DNA of 64,000 nt from Deltaproteobacteria bacterium (GCA_029547045.1 JAKPQL010000063.1:119727-183726); one strand, 5' to 3'; shown: positions 20,707-30,971, counted from the first letter of the stretch. Translations and numbers: made by a program. The notes: generated by a model from the sequence alone, not told the origin.

Positions 20707-21813
20707 CTAGTAGTAAATGGAATCAATGATGATGAGGTAGTAGTTGTCCAGGTTCGGCTTCATCTTTGCAAACGACACCTCCACGCCGGCCACCTTCTTC
20801 GCGATGGGCTTCAGGGTGGGTATGTCGAGCCTCTTGATGCGCTTCTCGACGAGGCCCTTGGCGACCTCCACCGAGAACTCGGGGAAGAAGTAGCCTACGG
20901 GCACGGGCCAGGTGGAGAGCCTGCCAGTGCAGCCCGCCTTTGCCGCCTTGTCTCTGATCATGGCGTTGATCTTGTCAAAGTTCCCGGCATCCTCGGCCTT
21001 GATCTCCAGGTTCATGGCCGCCGGGAACCCCTGGGTGGGCGTAGGGCAGCACTGCTCGGCCATGATGAACTTGAGCTCCAGGGCCTTGAGGATGATCACG
21101 TCCTGCATGGGGCAGTTGGTGCCGAAAATGCAGGTGTCCTTGCCGTACTTGGCGATCTGCCGCGTGATGTCCTCCATCAGGAACTGCTGCATGGTGGACA
21201 CGTCACTGCCCGCCTGCGGGTCGGGGGTCATGACCTCCACGAATTTCATGCCGAGCTTCTCGGAGGTCTGCTTCATCATGTCGCGGCGCTTGGAGAGTAC
21301 CTCCTTGGACATGTGCGTGGGGAACGAGTAGTGTATGAAGGTCCTTGCCCCCATCTTCTTGGCCTTGGTGGGGATGGTGATGCCCCGCTGCACCCAGTCG
21401 GTGTCGAGGCTCAAGTCGATGTACTTGGCCATCATGTCCGGGTCGTCCCAGATGGGAGCCGTGATCACGATCATGTCCTTGCGCCTGGCCTTGACCTTCT
21501 CGATGGCTGGCAGTATCCCCGAGTAGCCCGCGCAGATGATGATGGCCTTCACGTCCTTGTCGTTGCCGAGGCTCAGGATCTGCGTTATGGCGGTCTCCTG
21601 CTCGGTCTCGAAGTTGTCCGGCAGGACCAGGTGCCTGATCATGCCCGGGTTGCTCCTGGCGGCCCGCTGGGCCCCCCGGAACTCGTCCTCGCTGGCGGAG
21701 AGAGACGGCGTCACCACGCCGATCTTGTATTTTGGCGCGGCCAGGGCCGTTCCTGCACAGAAAAGGACCGCTACAGCCACGAGAGCCGCCATCCAGATGT
21801 TTCTCCTGTTCAT
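20707..21813 (-). CDS. DUF3798 family periplasmic binding protein
   Basis: Signal peptide; SEDEFRGA, LPDNF..EQET, FIHYSFP.HMS, EQCCPTP. Confidence 0.82.
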   Translation of the reverse strand: MNRRNIWMAALVAVAVLFCAGTALAAPKYKIGVVTPSLSASEDEFRGAQRAARSNPGMIRHLVLPDNFETEQETAITQILSLGNDKDVKAIIICAGYSGILPAIEKVKARRKDMIVITAPIWDDPDMMAKYIDLSLDTDWVQRGITIPTKAKKMGARTFIHYSFPTHMSKEVLSKRRDMMKQTSEKLGMKFVEVMTPDPQAGSDVSTMQQFLMEDITRQIAKYGKDTCIFGTNCPMQDVIILKALELKFIMAEQCCPTPTQGFPAAMNLEIKAEDAGNFDKINAMIRDKAAKAGCTGRLSTWPVPVGYFFPEFSVEVAKGLVEKRIKRLDIPTLKPIAKKVAGVEVSFAKMKPNLDNYYLIIIDSIYY

Positions 21814-21847
21814 GTCATTCCCCCTCGTCGGTTTGATTTGTACGCAT

Positions 21848-23026
21848 TCATGCCCCCGCACACGCGGCTCTCCGGCATGTCGCCGTGGCAATCATCTCAA
21901 GGAAGGCGCCGATCCTCGTGCGGATCTGCTCACAATCGTTCTGTGAGTAGTCGGTGCGGATCTGGATGTACGGCCTGCAGCAGCGTTCCTGCACGAACTC
22001 CCGCACCGAGAAGGCCTCCACGTTGTAGGTGTGGCAGGCCTCCCAGGTCAGATCTACAACTCCGTCGATGCGGTAGCGCTGGATGATGTCCGCCAGGAGG
22101 CCGAGCCGGGAGGTGTTGGGCGTCATGCAGGAGCAGGGTATCTCCAGATAGCGCCTGGCCAAGGCACGGAGCGGATCGCCCTCTTCGGGAACCAGGGAGG
22201 ACAGGGTCTTGAGCCCGCCGCAGTTCTCCTGGGCCGCCACCACGGCACCGGACTCCTCGATGATGGTGAGGACCTTCTTGTTGGTGACGGGGCACCCCGT
22301 GAGCAGGATCCTCGGCTTCGGACGCATCTCCCGGAGAAATCCCTCGTCCCGGGCACGTGTCTTCAGGTGGTTGATGGCCTCGTCCATTTCAAGGATGCGC
22401 TCCGCGAGGTTGCAGTCGAACATTGTGTTCCAGGTGATGACGTCGATCTCGCTGCCGGTCACGAGCGGCGCCTCTCCCGTGTTCAGCTCGTAGATCTCCC
22501 TCTTCTTGGCGCGGAATGCGTTGTGGAGCCTGATCTCTCTGGCAAGCCGCTCATGTGTTACGGTGTTCCCGGTCACCGATTCAAGGAGTCGCACCAGGGA
22601 CTTCAGCTCTTCCACCCAGTAGTCAAGGCTCGCTCGGCCCACGGACGTCTGGGGGAGGTTGAGCACGTGCACGGGCTTGATCCGGGAGAGGAGCTCGAAC
22701 ATCTTCTTCTTGCCGTCGCAGGTGGCGTCCGCCAGGAGGTGGTCCGCCGCATGAAAGTACGGGCAGGTGTCGGCCAAGGCATGGCCGTAGCTCGACTTGA
22801 TGAGGGCGCAGAGGTTCTGGGGCAGGTGCAGATGTGCATGCTCCATGGGCTTCTCGCTCCCCGCGCACAGAGACACCGGTATTGCGCCGGCTGCAGTGAT
22901 GAGTTCCTTGGGCGTGAACGAGCAGTACACCCCGAAGACCTTCACACCTTCGGCTTTGAGCGCCCGGGCCTCATGGAAGACCTTCTCTTCGAAACAGCTC
23001 CTGTATGTCTCCCCGAACCTCATCAT
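21848..23026 (-). CDS. Double-cubane cluster protein (2-hydroxyacyl-CoA dehydratase subunit D / YjiM family)
   Basis: YC.F.P.E, SLC, NLC.LIKSSYG, CPYF, TCDGKKKMFE, TGCP, ENC.G, CSCMTPN, CHTYNVE, TDYS. Confidence 0.88.
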   Translation of the reverse strand: MMRFGETYRSCFEEKVFHEARALKAEGVKVFGVYCSFTPKELITAAGAIPVSLCAGSEKPMEHAHLHLPQNLCALIKSSYGHALADTCPYFHAADHLLADATCDGKKKMFELLSRIKPVHVLNLPQTSVGRASLDYWVEELKSLVRLLESVTGNTVTHERLAREIRLHNAFRAKKREIYELNTGEAPLVTGSEIDVITWNTMFDCNLAERILEMDEAINHLKTRARDEGFLREMRPKPRILLTGCPVTNKKVLTIIEESGAVVAAQENCGGLKTLSSLVPEEGDPLRALARRYLEIPCSCMTPNTSRLGLLADIIQRYRIDGVVDLTWEACHTYNVEAFSVREFVQERCCRPYIQIRTDYSQNDCEQIRTRIGAFLEMIATATCRRAACAGA

Positions 23027-23152
23027 CAGGCTCTATATACAGGACTCAGACTCCGGTCAAATGCAGATAAACTATGGGATGCGCGTCTTCATAGCGATTG
23101 TGAATGCCTTCCCTGCACCTGGGAATGCAGGGCCAAAGCAAGCACATGAGTG

Positions 23153-23872
23153 TCACCTCGCCGGGTCACGGGGTATGCGCACGTCACGGGGCGGCCGGAC
23201 GAGCCGGTAGAACCGCACCCTGCCGGCGCCGAGCAGGTGCCCGCCCACCGCCACGTCGCCTGTGAAACGAAGCCCGCCGCTCCGCTCCCAGGGCGCATAC
23301 GGCCCCTTTGCCTGGGTGGAACACGGGTAGTAAAAGTTCACCACCAGGGAGAGGCCGTGCTCCCTCTCCCACGTTGTGGCGATGAACGGGTTGCCCTCCC
23401 CCAGGAGCGCGGCCTGCGCCGCGGCCAGTGCGACCGCCCAACGCCGGGGGCTCTCAGGGCAGAGGAACATCCGGGAGAAGCGGGAGCGGGGAGATACCGC
23501 CGGGTTGAACTGGCCCTTCTTGAAGATCACACCCCGGAGGCCCCGGCCGTACACGCTTCGCATGGTAGCAGACGCCTCGCCCAGCCTGACCCGGTTCATG
23601 ACCCCCCAGGCTATGGCCTCGTAGACCGCCGCGTCGTCGGGGAACCCAGTGGAGGCGGCCTCGGCGTAGACCAGCCGGGCGAGCAGCTCTTTGTCGTCGA
23701 TCCCCGCCCGCGCCATGACTGACTCAATGGTGGCCGCGGGGTCGGGGGCAAGGCAGGCCGGCACCTGAGCGCCGCAGAGCTCGGGAGCCAGGAAGACCAC
23801 GACCAGGGCCCATCGGCACAGAATCCACCTCGAACTCACGGTTTGGGTGCTCCTGTTCGGCTTCTGTGCCAT
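23153..23872 (-). CDS. SleB-like cell wall hydrolase
   Basis: LLARLVYAEA, V.NRV, VIFKKGQFNP. Confidence 0.82.
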   Translation of the reverse strand: MAQKPNRSTQTVSSRWILCRWALVVVFLAPELCGAQVPACLAPDPAATIESVMARAGIDDKELLARLVYAEAASTGFPDDAAVYEAIAWGVMNRVRLGEASATMRSVYGRGLRGVIFKKGQFNPAVSPRSRFSRMFLCPESPRRWAVALAAAQAALLGEGNPFIATTWEREHGLSLVVNFYYPCSTQAKGPYAPWERSGGLRFTGDVAVGGHLLGAGRVRFYRLVRPPRDVRIPRDPAR

Positions 23873-24234
23873 ATCCTGAGTATGACCAGCCCGTACACGC
23901 AGAGATTCACCAGCACCACCAGGGATCCCAGGAAAAGCTGGATCTCCCTGGTGAGCCAGGGAGGGTAGATGACGGGCTCGATGAGATGGAGCACGAAATC
24001 GCCACCGTACGACCCCTGTCCCGCCCTGCTCCGCAGGAAGTTCTCAAGGGGGGTCAGCGGGCAGATCCATCCTGCACTCTCCACCATGGCCCCCCAGAGC
24101 ACGCATGGCAGGTGAACCCAGGCCATCCTCGGCCAGGCCGGAATGGTCAGGCCCCCCAGGAGCACGAAGAGGATGAAGGCGAGGTGCACCACCACCACGC
24201 CGTCTGCAAGGTATTGATACACAAGGGGGCTCAT
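23836..24234 (-). CDS. DUF2784 membrane protein
   Basis: HLAFILFV..GG, HLP...WG, CPLTPLEN.LR. Confidence 0.88.
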   Translation of the reverse strand: MSPLVYQYLADGVVVVHLAFILFVLLGGLTIPAWPRMAWVHLPCVLWGAMVESAGWICPLTPLENFLRSRAGQGSYGGDFVLHLIEPVIYPPWLTREIQLFLGSLVVLVNLCVYGLVILRIWHRSRTGAPKP

Positions 24235-24332
24235 GGATCGAGGATACTCCTGTCCGGGGACCGAATCAATCCGTGGTGCCGCCATCCACCGGAAACCTGG
24301 AGAAGCCAAGAAAATCATCTGTACACGGATCA

Positions 24333-24348
24333 TGGCACAGGTTATGCT
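24333..24348 (+). promoter_or_regulatory. Putative sigma54 promoter
   Basis: TGGCAC-N5-ATGCT (GG-N10-GC) upstream of the flavoprotein gene. Confidence 0.55.
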
Positions 24349-24380
24349 TTTTGAACGACCATGCAGAAGGGGAGGTCGAT

Positions 24381-24989
24381 GTGCACATATCAGTGATCCT
24401 TGCCCACCCGTCGCCCGGGAGTTTCAATCATGCCATTGCGCACGCCGCCGATGAGGTTCTGAAGCTGCGGGGGCACGACGTCCTCTTCCATGACCTCTAT
24501 GCCGAACGGTTCGATCCCATCCTGCATGCCGGTGAGATCCCCAGGGACGCGGCCACGTCACCGGAGATCGGGGCGCACTGCCGCGAGATCGCCCGGGCTG
24601 ACGGCATCGTCATCGTCCACCCCAACTGGTGGGGACAGCCGCCGGCCATCCTGAAGGGGTGGGTCGACCGGGTGCTTCGCCCCGGCACGGCCTATGAATT
24701 CGAACAAGGCGATGCCGGGGAAGGGGTGCCCATCGGCCTGCTCAGAGCCAGGACTGCCCTCGTGTTCAACACGTCGAACACCCCTGCGCAACGCGAGAAC
24801 CATTACTTCGGCGACCCGCTGGAAACCCTGTGGAAGAACTGCATCTTCGGGCTCTGCGGGGTGCAGCTCTTCGAGCGCAGGATCTTCCGGGTCGTTGTCA
24901 CGAGCAGCGAGATCCAGAGGCGTCAGTGGCTGGAAGAGGTCCGCCAGACCGTCGACACCTACTTCCCCACGGCAAAGCCACCTGCATGA
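24381..24989 (+). CDS. Flavodoxin-fold NAD(P)H:quinone oxidoreductase
   Basis: AHP..GSFN, DLYAE.FDP, HPNWW..PPAILKGWVDRV; GGAGG RBS and GTG start. Confidence 0.92.
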   Translation: MHISVILAHPSPGSFNHAIAHAADEVLKLRGHDVLFHDLYAERFDPILHAGEIPRDAATSPEIGAHCREIARADGIVIVHPNWWGQPPAILKGWVDRVLRPGTAYEFEQGDAGEGVPIGLLRARTALVFNTSNTPAQRENHYFGDPLETLWKNCIFGLCGVQLFERRIFRVVVTSSEIQRRQWLEEVRQTVDTYFPTAKPPA

Positions 24990-25029
24990 TGTCCCGGTGA
25001 GCCCCTCCGCCGGGGGCAGTAGAATCGGC

Positions 25030-25058
25030 TTGAAATCAACCCCGAGTTATGATATATT
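25030..25058 (+). promoter_or_regulatory. Sigma70 promoter with extended -10
   Basis: TTGAAA-17 bp-TATATT with TG one base upstream of the -10. Confidence 0.65.
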
Positions 25059-25064
25059 TTATAC

Positions 25065-25263
25065 ATGGAATGGTTAGCTGCTGTGTATTCCGAGGCCGGA
25101 GTCATCTTGGTCGTTGCGGCATGAGGAGGTCGGTCCAAGGATAGTCTACCCCCATAGCCTATGGGAATATCTCCTTCCCGACCACGGACAGGACCTCCTC
25201 ATGGGTTTTCTTTCCCGATGAGGACATCGGGCTCATCGGCTCATGGCATGTCACCCGGAATAC
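25065..25263 (+). ncRNA. Candidate structured RNA (unassigned)
   Basis: 12-bp perfect stem 25120-25131/25192-25203 with nested helices, U-rich tract after it, outer 8-bp pairing 25085-25092/25256-25263. Confidence 0.4.
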
Positions 25264-25534
25264 CATCATGGCAACCTGGATTACATTCGTGTATCGCATG
25301 AAACGCGAGGATTACGGACTATTTTTTCTGCACAGAACAATATCAATGGGTTAGGATCCTTCCCTCCCCCCTGGATGCCTTCTATCTTATTGATTTTTCA
25401 AATATATATGTAAACACCTTGACGTTCCTGTCATGGGAATGGTAGTTGTTTCAGCGGAATTACCCGAAAACATCGTGGCCAGCCGTTCTTGGCCGGGAAT
25501 ATGCAAACCATAACTGAGAACGAGGTAAAGTGCT

Positions 25535-26404
25535 ATGCTGATGAGATACCTTCTCGCTCCAGTTGTTTGCTTCATGCTCTTGGGATTCATCGGGGCCGTT
25601 GAGGGCCCTGCATACGCTTCGCCCGTGAACAAGATAGCAACGCCCGTCGAGAAACTGCACCACCAGTCTGCGCAGCATCACGGAACTGATGCCTCCCTGT
25701 CCGTATCGGCCGACACGGGTTCTTCTTCCATCAAAAAGGCGGCCAAACCGAAAAAATCGACCGTAGCAAAGAAGAAGAAATCTTCAAAGGCATCCCTTGC
25801 AAAGACAAGAACCAAGAAGAAGTCATCAAAGGCCATCGCTGCAAAGAAAAAGGCCTCCACGATCCATCGCGTGGCATCTGCAAAAGAGTCCGCCACCGTT
25901 GCCAAGCATGCCCGCGAACTCTACGACCCTTGGCTCTTCAGGAACGCACCGGAACAGTTCAGGGCCGTGACGGGAGAGTCCGGCATCGACGACCTGACCC
26001 TCAGAATCCTCGAGTCTGCATACAGCTACCTCGGCACCCCGTACCGCTTCGGCGGCACCACCCCTGCCGGCTTCGACTGCTCGGGATTCGTCCGGCAGGT
26101 GTTCACGGAAAACGGGATCTCCCTGTCGCGTTCATCCCGGGAGCAGGCCCATGAAGGGGTCCAGGTCCCCCTGTCAGAACTGAAGCCCGGGGACCTGATC
26201 TTCTTCAACATGAACGCAAGGAACAAACGGCGCATCGACCATGTGGGCATCTACATCGGCAACGGCCAGTTCATCCACGCCTCATCAGGCAGGAGCCGGG
26301 AAATCACCATCGATGCCCTCGAGTCCGGGGTCTACCTCCACAGGGTGGTGGGGGCCAGGCGGGTGCTCGCCGATTCCGGCTTCGACGAAGCGGTCATCGA
26401 TTAA
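25535..26404 (+). CDS. NlpC/P60 (C40) peptidoglycan endopeptidase with Lys-rich linker
   Basis: YLGTPYRFGG...FDCSGF, PGDLIFF, HVGIYIG..QFIHAS. Confidence 0.95.
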   Translation: MLMRYLLAPVVCFMLLGFIGAVEGPAYASPVNKIATPVEKLHHQSAQHHGTDASLSVSADTGSSSIKKAAKPKKSTVAKKKKSSKASLAKTRTKKKSSKAIAAKKKASTIHRVASAKESATVAKHARELYDPWLFRNAPEQFRAVTGESGIDDLTLRILESAYSYLGTPYRFGGTTPAGFDCSGFVRQVFTENGISLSRSSREQAHEGVQVPLSELKPGDLIFFNMNARNKRRIDHVGIYIGNGQFIHASSGRSREITIDALESGVYLHRVVGARRVLADSGFDEAVID

Positions 26405-26478
26405 CCCCATTTGCCGTGCGCAGCACCTGCATGGCGGTTGCCCCCTGCACCTGATTCCTGGTATCCTCCCCTCCTGTC

Positions 26479-26853
26479 ATGAACCTGAACGACGCTGCAT
26501 TCGCCCGGATAGTCAGACGGGCAGTTGACCGCATACCCGACGAGATCATGCGCCATGTCCAGAACGTGGCGATCACGGTGGAGGACTGGCCGTCGGAGGA
26601 GCTCCTTGCGGACATGGGCCTGCCCCCGGACGAACCCTTGCTGGGCGTATACACCGGAGTGGCCCTTCCCGAGCGCTCCCTGTCGTCGCCGGAGATCTTC
26701 CCGGACACCATCATCCTCTTCAGGGAACCGCTCCTGGATATCTGCGAGACCGTCGAGGAACTGGAGGAGGAGATCGAGATCACCGTGGTCCACGAGATCG
26801 CCCACTACTTCGGCATCAGCGAGGAGAGGCTCGAGGAGCTCGGCTATGCATGA
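26479..26853 (+). CDS. Zincin-like metallopeptidase
   Basis: LLGVYTG, PD.I.LFR.P, TVVHEIAHYFG. Confidence 0.9.
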   Translation: MNLNDAAFARIVRRAVDRIPDEIMRHVQNVAITVEDWPSEELLADMGLPPDEPLLGVYTGVALPERSLSSPEIFPDTIILFREPLLDICETVEELEEEIEITVVHEIAHYFGISEERLEELGYA

Positions 26854-26903
26854 ACGCTTTGCCCGGCAACGGGGCCTTCCCCTGACCGCTCCCGGGCCGG
26901 CTC

Positions 26904-29900
26904 CTACTCTTGCGAACCCTGGACGGCCTTCATCCTGGCCTTTTCCAGGTACATGGCCATGTCGGCCTGCTTGATGCATTCATCGAGCTCTTCGCCGGAA
27001 TGGGCCGTTGAAGCGCCGATGGAAAAGCTCACGGGCCGCTCGGGGCTGCTCGCATTGAAGTTGGAGAGGTAGACCCGGAGCCTCCTGAGGGACTGCTCCA
27101 GGACGATGCCGTCCACCGAGGGAAGGATGACGAGAAACTCGTCGCCGCCGGTCCGCGCCACCATGTCCTCGGGCCTGAATGTCTGCCTGAGCACATACGC
27201 GGTGTTCTTGATGAGCAGGTCCCCCGCCGCGTGGCCCTCGGTGTCGTTCACGGCCTTCAGTCCGTCGATGTCCACCACGATGACGCTCGCAGGGAATTTC
27301 CTGCCCGCCTTGAGCCGCTGGATCTCGGTGTCGGCATAGAACCTGTTGTACAGCCCCGTAAGCGGGTCATGGATGCTCAGGTACCGGAGGTGCTCCTCGG
27401 CCTCCTTCCTGACCGTGATGTCCTCCATGTGCACCATGACGAGGTCGGGCGGAACGAAGGCATAGTTCACGGCCATGTACTTCTTCTCCCCGGTGGTCCG
27501 CAGGGTGTCCCAGAACTCGCCCTTGACCGCTGTCTGCTCCCTCAGACACCGGGTCATGTCTTCGAGGATCCACGGCCTTCCCTCGTAAAACACGCCCGCG
27601 GGAACCCCCCTGAACCCCGCTATCCTTCCCCGGGTGAACTCCAGGGCCGCGTCGTTGTAGTCGATGAGGACGAAGTCATCGCCCTGCCCCTTCCAGATGT
27701 ACGTGGGGATGGGGATTCCCCTGAACTGGACACGGAACCGCTCCTCGCTCTGGCGGAGTGCCTCGGCGGAGAGGATCCGCTCGGTGATATCGGCGAACAC
27801 CGCCATCATCCCGGATTCCATGAACGTGCCGGTGATCTCGCAGATCCTGACGCGGCCGTCCTTGCAGGTTATGTGGTATTCGGCGGGTCCGATCCTGGTG
27901 CCTTCCATCTTGGCCCTGGTGGCGTCCGCGTTCCACCTCGCCATGACCTCCTCCCGGTAGGCGGGATCGGGGTAGGCGTGCATGAACCACTCCTCGATGG
28001 TGGGGACATCCTCGAGGGTGTACCCGAAGATGTCGATGAAGACCCTGTTGACGAACTCGATGTTCCCGACATCGTCGGTATACGACGATGCCAGGGGCAT
28101 GTCCTCGAGGATGCGCTTGAAGCGCTCCCTGCTCTGACGCAGGGCCTCCTCAGCCTGTCTCTTCTCCGTGATGTCCTCTCCCGAGCTCAGGGTTCCGATG
28201 ATCTCCCCCTCCTGATCGCGCACTGCGGAGTTGTTCCAAGCGATGAGCCTCCTCGTTCCCGCCTTGGTGACGAGGGAGTTCTCGAAGGAGCGTTCTGCTG
28301 CAAGCTCGCCGTCGATGATGCGCCTGAAGCTGCCCACCACCGCACCCCGCTCCTCTTCAGGAATAAACACCTCGAACCAGTTCCTCCCGAGGAGCTCGGT
28401 CTCGGTGTAGCCGGTGAGCTCGCACCCCCTGCGGTTGATGAGGGTGATCTCGCCGCTGCGGTCCAGGACCACGATCATCACCCGCGCGATATCAAGATAC
28501 ATCTGCACCCTGTCACGCTCCTGGCGCAGTGCCTGGTCCATCCACTTGCTCTCGGTGATGTCGTAGGATACCCCGAGCACACCACTCACCTGCCCGTTGG
28601 CATCCTGCAGGGGAATCCGGCTGGTCCTGAACCAGTTCCTCCTGCCGTCGGACATGATGATGAGCTCCTCGTGCTCAAGGCTTGGCCTGCCCGACTCGAT
28701 GACCTCCCAGTCCCTGGCGCGGAACTGCTCTGCCCTGGCCGCCCACACGAGATCGCGGTCCGTCTTGCCCGCGATCTCGTCGGGCGAGGCGATCCCTGCG
28801 ACCCTTGCCAGCAGACGGTTGCAGCCCAGGTAGGTCAGCTTGCGGTCCTTCCAGTAGACCTGGACCGGGATCGCGTCAATGATCGTACGGAGCATGTGCC
28901 GGGATTCCATTAGCTCCTCCTCCGCCCTCTTCCGCTCGGTGATCTGCCAGACCGAGTTCATGAGCAGGGTGAGCTGCTGGATGTCTGCATCGTCGTAGTC
29001 GGCGGCCTTGTTGGCGACCCCCACCACGGCCACGATCCGATCGGTCCTGAACACGGGGATGGTCAGGAACCGTTTCAGATGGGCATGTCCCTCCGGATAC
29101 CCCTTCTTCAAGGGATTGTGGGCCTCGAAATCGTTCACCACGATGGGCCGTGCCTGCCTCACCGCCTCCCCCCAGATGCCCGTCTTGTCGAGCCGGTAGG
29201 TGGTCAGGGACTCGCGGTCCTGCACCGTACACTCCTTCATGGCCTCCCTGGACCAGCTGTTGAGGGTGAACTCCTGCTTCACGTCGTCGTAGTGGTAGAT
29301 GTAGCCGATCCTGCTCCCGGTCAGTGCGATGACCTCCTCCAGGGCATAGTCGAGCAGCTTCTGGGTGGTGGGGAACTGGAGCTGGGTCATGCGGAGCTGG
29401 CTCTCCATGCGCAGTCGGCTCATGCGGGCCTCCTCCTCCATGCGCCTGCGCTCGCTGATGTCCGTGAACCAGATGTTCACCATGCGGGCACGTCCGCCCT
29501 CGTCCCTGATGAGCATCGCCTTGGAGCTCGTGGGGAACAAGGTGCCGTCCTTCCGGATGCACTCGCTCTCGGGAAAATCTGCAAACCCGGTCTTGAACAG
29601 GGTGTTCCTGATGATGTCCATGGTGATTTCGTGCCATCTGGCCGGGATGAAATCCTTGAAGGATCGCCCCCTGATCTCCCCCATGGAGTACCCGGTCATG
29701 TCCAGTACGGCCTGATTGGCATCGATGACGTGGCCGTCGAAATCGCAGATCACGAGGCCCTCCCTGTTCTGCTCGAACAGACCCCGGTACTTCTGCTCGC
29801 TCACCCTGAGCTCTGCGGTGCGTTCCTGTGCAAGCGCCTCCGCGCGCTGCCTGCGGGTCATCAGCACATGCAGATACATGGACAGGATCAGGGTAAGCCC

Positions 29901-30971
29901 GAGCCCTGCAGGCAGTACCAGCCAGTGAGCCAAGCCGTAGTGCCTCTGGATGTAAGCAGGGCCTGGAGCGACGGACACCTGCAGCTCCCTTTGGGCGAAC
30001 ATGAAGGAATGGCGGTACGGGGAAGGATCGGGGAAGAGGAACCGGAGAACATCCTCCATAACGGTGGACTCCGCCCGGAGCCGCGGGGTCCATCGATACA
30101 GGATCCTGTCTCCCTGCAAGGCCGTCAGGTCGACGAGATCCGTGGGCATGTCCATGGGCGGTTGACTGCCGATGGCGGCCTTCATCACCCCCGCGACCCT
30201 GATCTTGCACATCAGGAAGCCGGCTATGGCCCTGCGCCGCTGTTCCACGGTCTCCAGGGGTTCACCGTTGCGGAACACCGGCCCGATGACCATGAGCCCC
30301 GCCGCATCGCCGATTCCGTTCAGGAGCCGGATATGGTGCGTGGCGAGGACTCTCCCCGTATCCCGCGCCTCCTCGATGAGGCGGAGGATTCCGGGCACGG
30401 ACCCGTAGTCAAAACCCAGTTCACCTCCGGCGGTCTCGAGGGGCTCTGCGTACCGAACCGGGAAGTACGCCTCCCGCTGGTTCGCAACGACGAGGTCCCC
30501 CCTGGGGCCCCTCTCCGTGAAGCGGGATCCGGGTCCGAGAGATGCCTGCATCTCCCGCTCATAGTCGACCCTCTGTCCGTCATCAACCCGGGGGACCCAC
30601 TGGATGCTCTGGAAGATATGCCCCTCGGCGAGCACGGGGGCGACGAGTGCCTGGAACTCCTTCCTGTCGGGGATTCCTGAGTGTTGGACGAACATCCTCA
30701 AGGTCTTGAGGTGGGTCAGCAGGTGATGCATCTCGTACGAGACGAGCTGCGACCTCATGTATGCGTCGCTCCGGAACGAACGCTGCAGGGCCTCGTCCTC
30801 CCGTAGGTGTACAGCCCGGAAGAGGATCATGGTGAGGGCAAGGCCTGCGGCCGCGATCAGGGCGATCCCCGCCAGCCGCCTCACGCGGACGGAAAACGAG
30901 TCAGCACTGGCCCTGTCCATGGTCAAAGCCACCCCCCCCTCTACCGGACGCGAGTACAGGGTGTCCGGCAT
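26904..30971 (-). CDS. Membrane diguanylate cyclase (CHASE-PAS-GAF-multiPAS-GGDEF)
   Basis: TM-CHASE-TM; several PAS/PAC motifs; GAF; HDPLTGLYNR; RPED I-site; GGDEF. Confidence 0.93.
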   Translation of the reverse strand: MPDTLYSRPVEGGVALTMDRASADSFSVRVRRLAGIALIAAAGLALTMILFRAVHLREDEALQRSFRSDAYMRSQLVSYEMHHLLTHLKTLRMFVQHSGIPDRKEFQALVAPVLAEGHIFQSIQWVPRVDDGQRVDYEREMQASLGPGSRFTERGPRGDLVVANQREAYFPVRYAEPLETAGGELGFDYGSVPGILRLIEEARDTGRVLATHHIRLLNGIGDAAGLMVIGPVFRNGEPLETVEQRRRAIAGFLMCKIRVAGVMKAAIGSQPPMDMPTDLVDLTALQGDRILYRWTPRLRAESTVMEDVLRFLFPDPSPYRHSFMFAQRELQVSVAPGPAYIQRHYGLAHWLVLPAGLGLTLILSMYLHVLMTRRQRAEALAQERTAELRVSEQKYRGLFEQNREGLVICDFDGHVIDANQAVLDMTGYSMGEIRGRSFKDFIPARWHEITMDIIRNTLFKTGFADFPESECIRKDGTLFPTSSKAMLIRDEGGRARMVNIWFTDISERRRMEEEARMSRLRMESQLRMTQLQFPTTQKLLDYALEEVIALTGSRIGYIYHYDDVKQEFTLNSWSREAMKECTVQDRESLTTYRLDKTGIWGEAVRQARPIVVNDFEAHNPLKKGYPEGHAHLKRFLTIPVFRTDRIVAVVGVANKAADYDDADIQQLTLLMNSVWQITERKRAEEELMESRHMLRTIIDAIPVQVYWKDRKLTYLGCNRLLARVAGIASPDEIAGKTDRDLVWAARAEQFRARDWEVIESGRPSLEHEELIIMSDGRRNWFRTSRIPLQDANGQVSGVLGVSYDITESKWMDQALRQERDRVQMYLDIARVMIVVLDRSGEITLINRRGCELTGYTETELLGRNWFEVFIPEEERGAVVGSFRRIIDGELAAERSFENSLVTKAGTRRLIAWNNSAVRDQEGEIIGTLSSGEDITEKRQAEEALRQSRERFKRILEDMPLASSYTDDVGNIEFVNRVFIDIFGYTLEDVPTIEEWFMHAYPDPAYREEVMARWNADATRAKMEGTRIGPAEYHITCKDGRVRICEITGTFMESGMMAVFADITERILSAEALRQSEERFRVQFRGIPIPTYIWKGQGDDFVLIDYNDAALEFTRGRIAGFRGVPAGVFYEGRPWILEDMTRCLREQTAVKGEFWDTLRTTGEKKYMAVNYAFVPPDLVMVHMEDITVRKEAEEHLRYLSIHDPLTGLYNRFYADTEIQRLKAGRKFPASVIVVDIDGLKAVNDTEGHAAGDLLIKNTAYVLRQTFRPEDMVARTGGDEFLVILPSVDGIVLEQSLRRLRVYLSNFNASSPERPVSFSIGASTAHSGEELDECIKQADMAMYLEKARMKAVQGSQE

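Noticed and set aside
25065-25263. Firm assignment as 6S RNA or a known riboswitch (c-di-GMP, c-di-AMP)
   Set aside because: Size and rod shape fit 6S, but the usual zapA/ygfA context and clear consensus motifs are missing; left unassigned
25730-25860. A-rich low-complexity tract
   Set aside because: Codes for the Lys/Ser-rich linker of the NlpC/P60 protein
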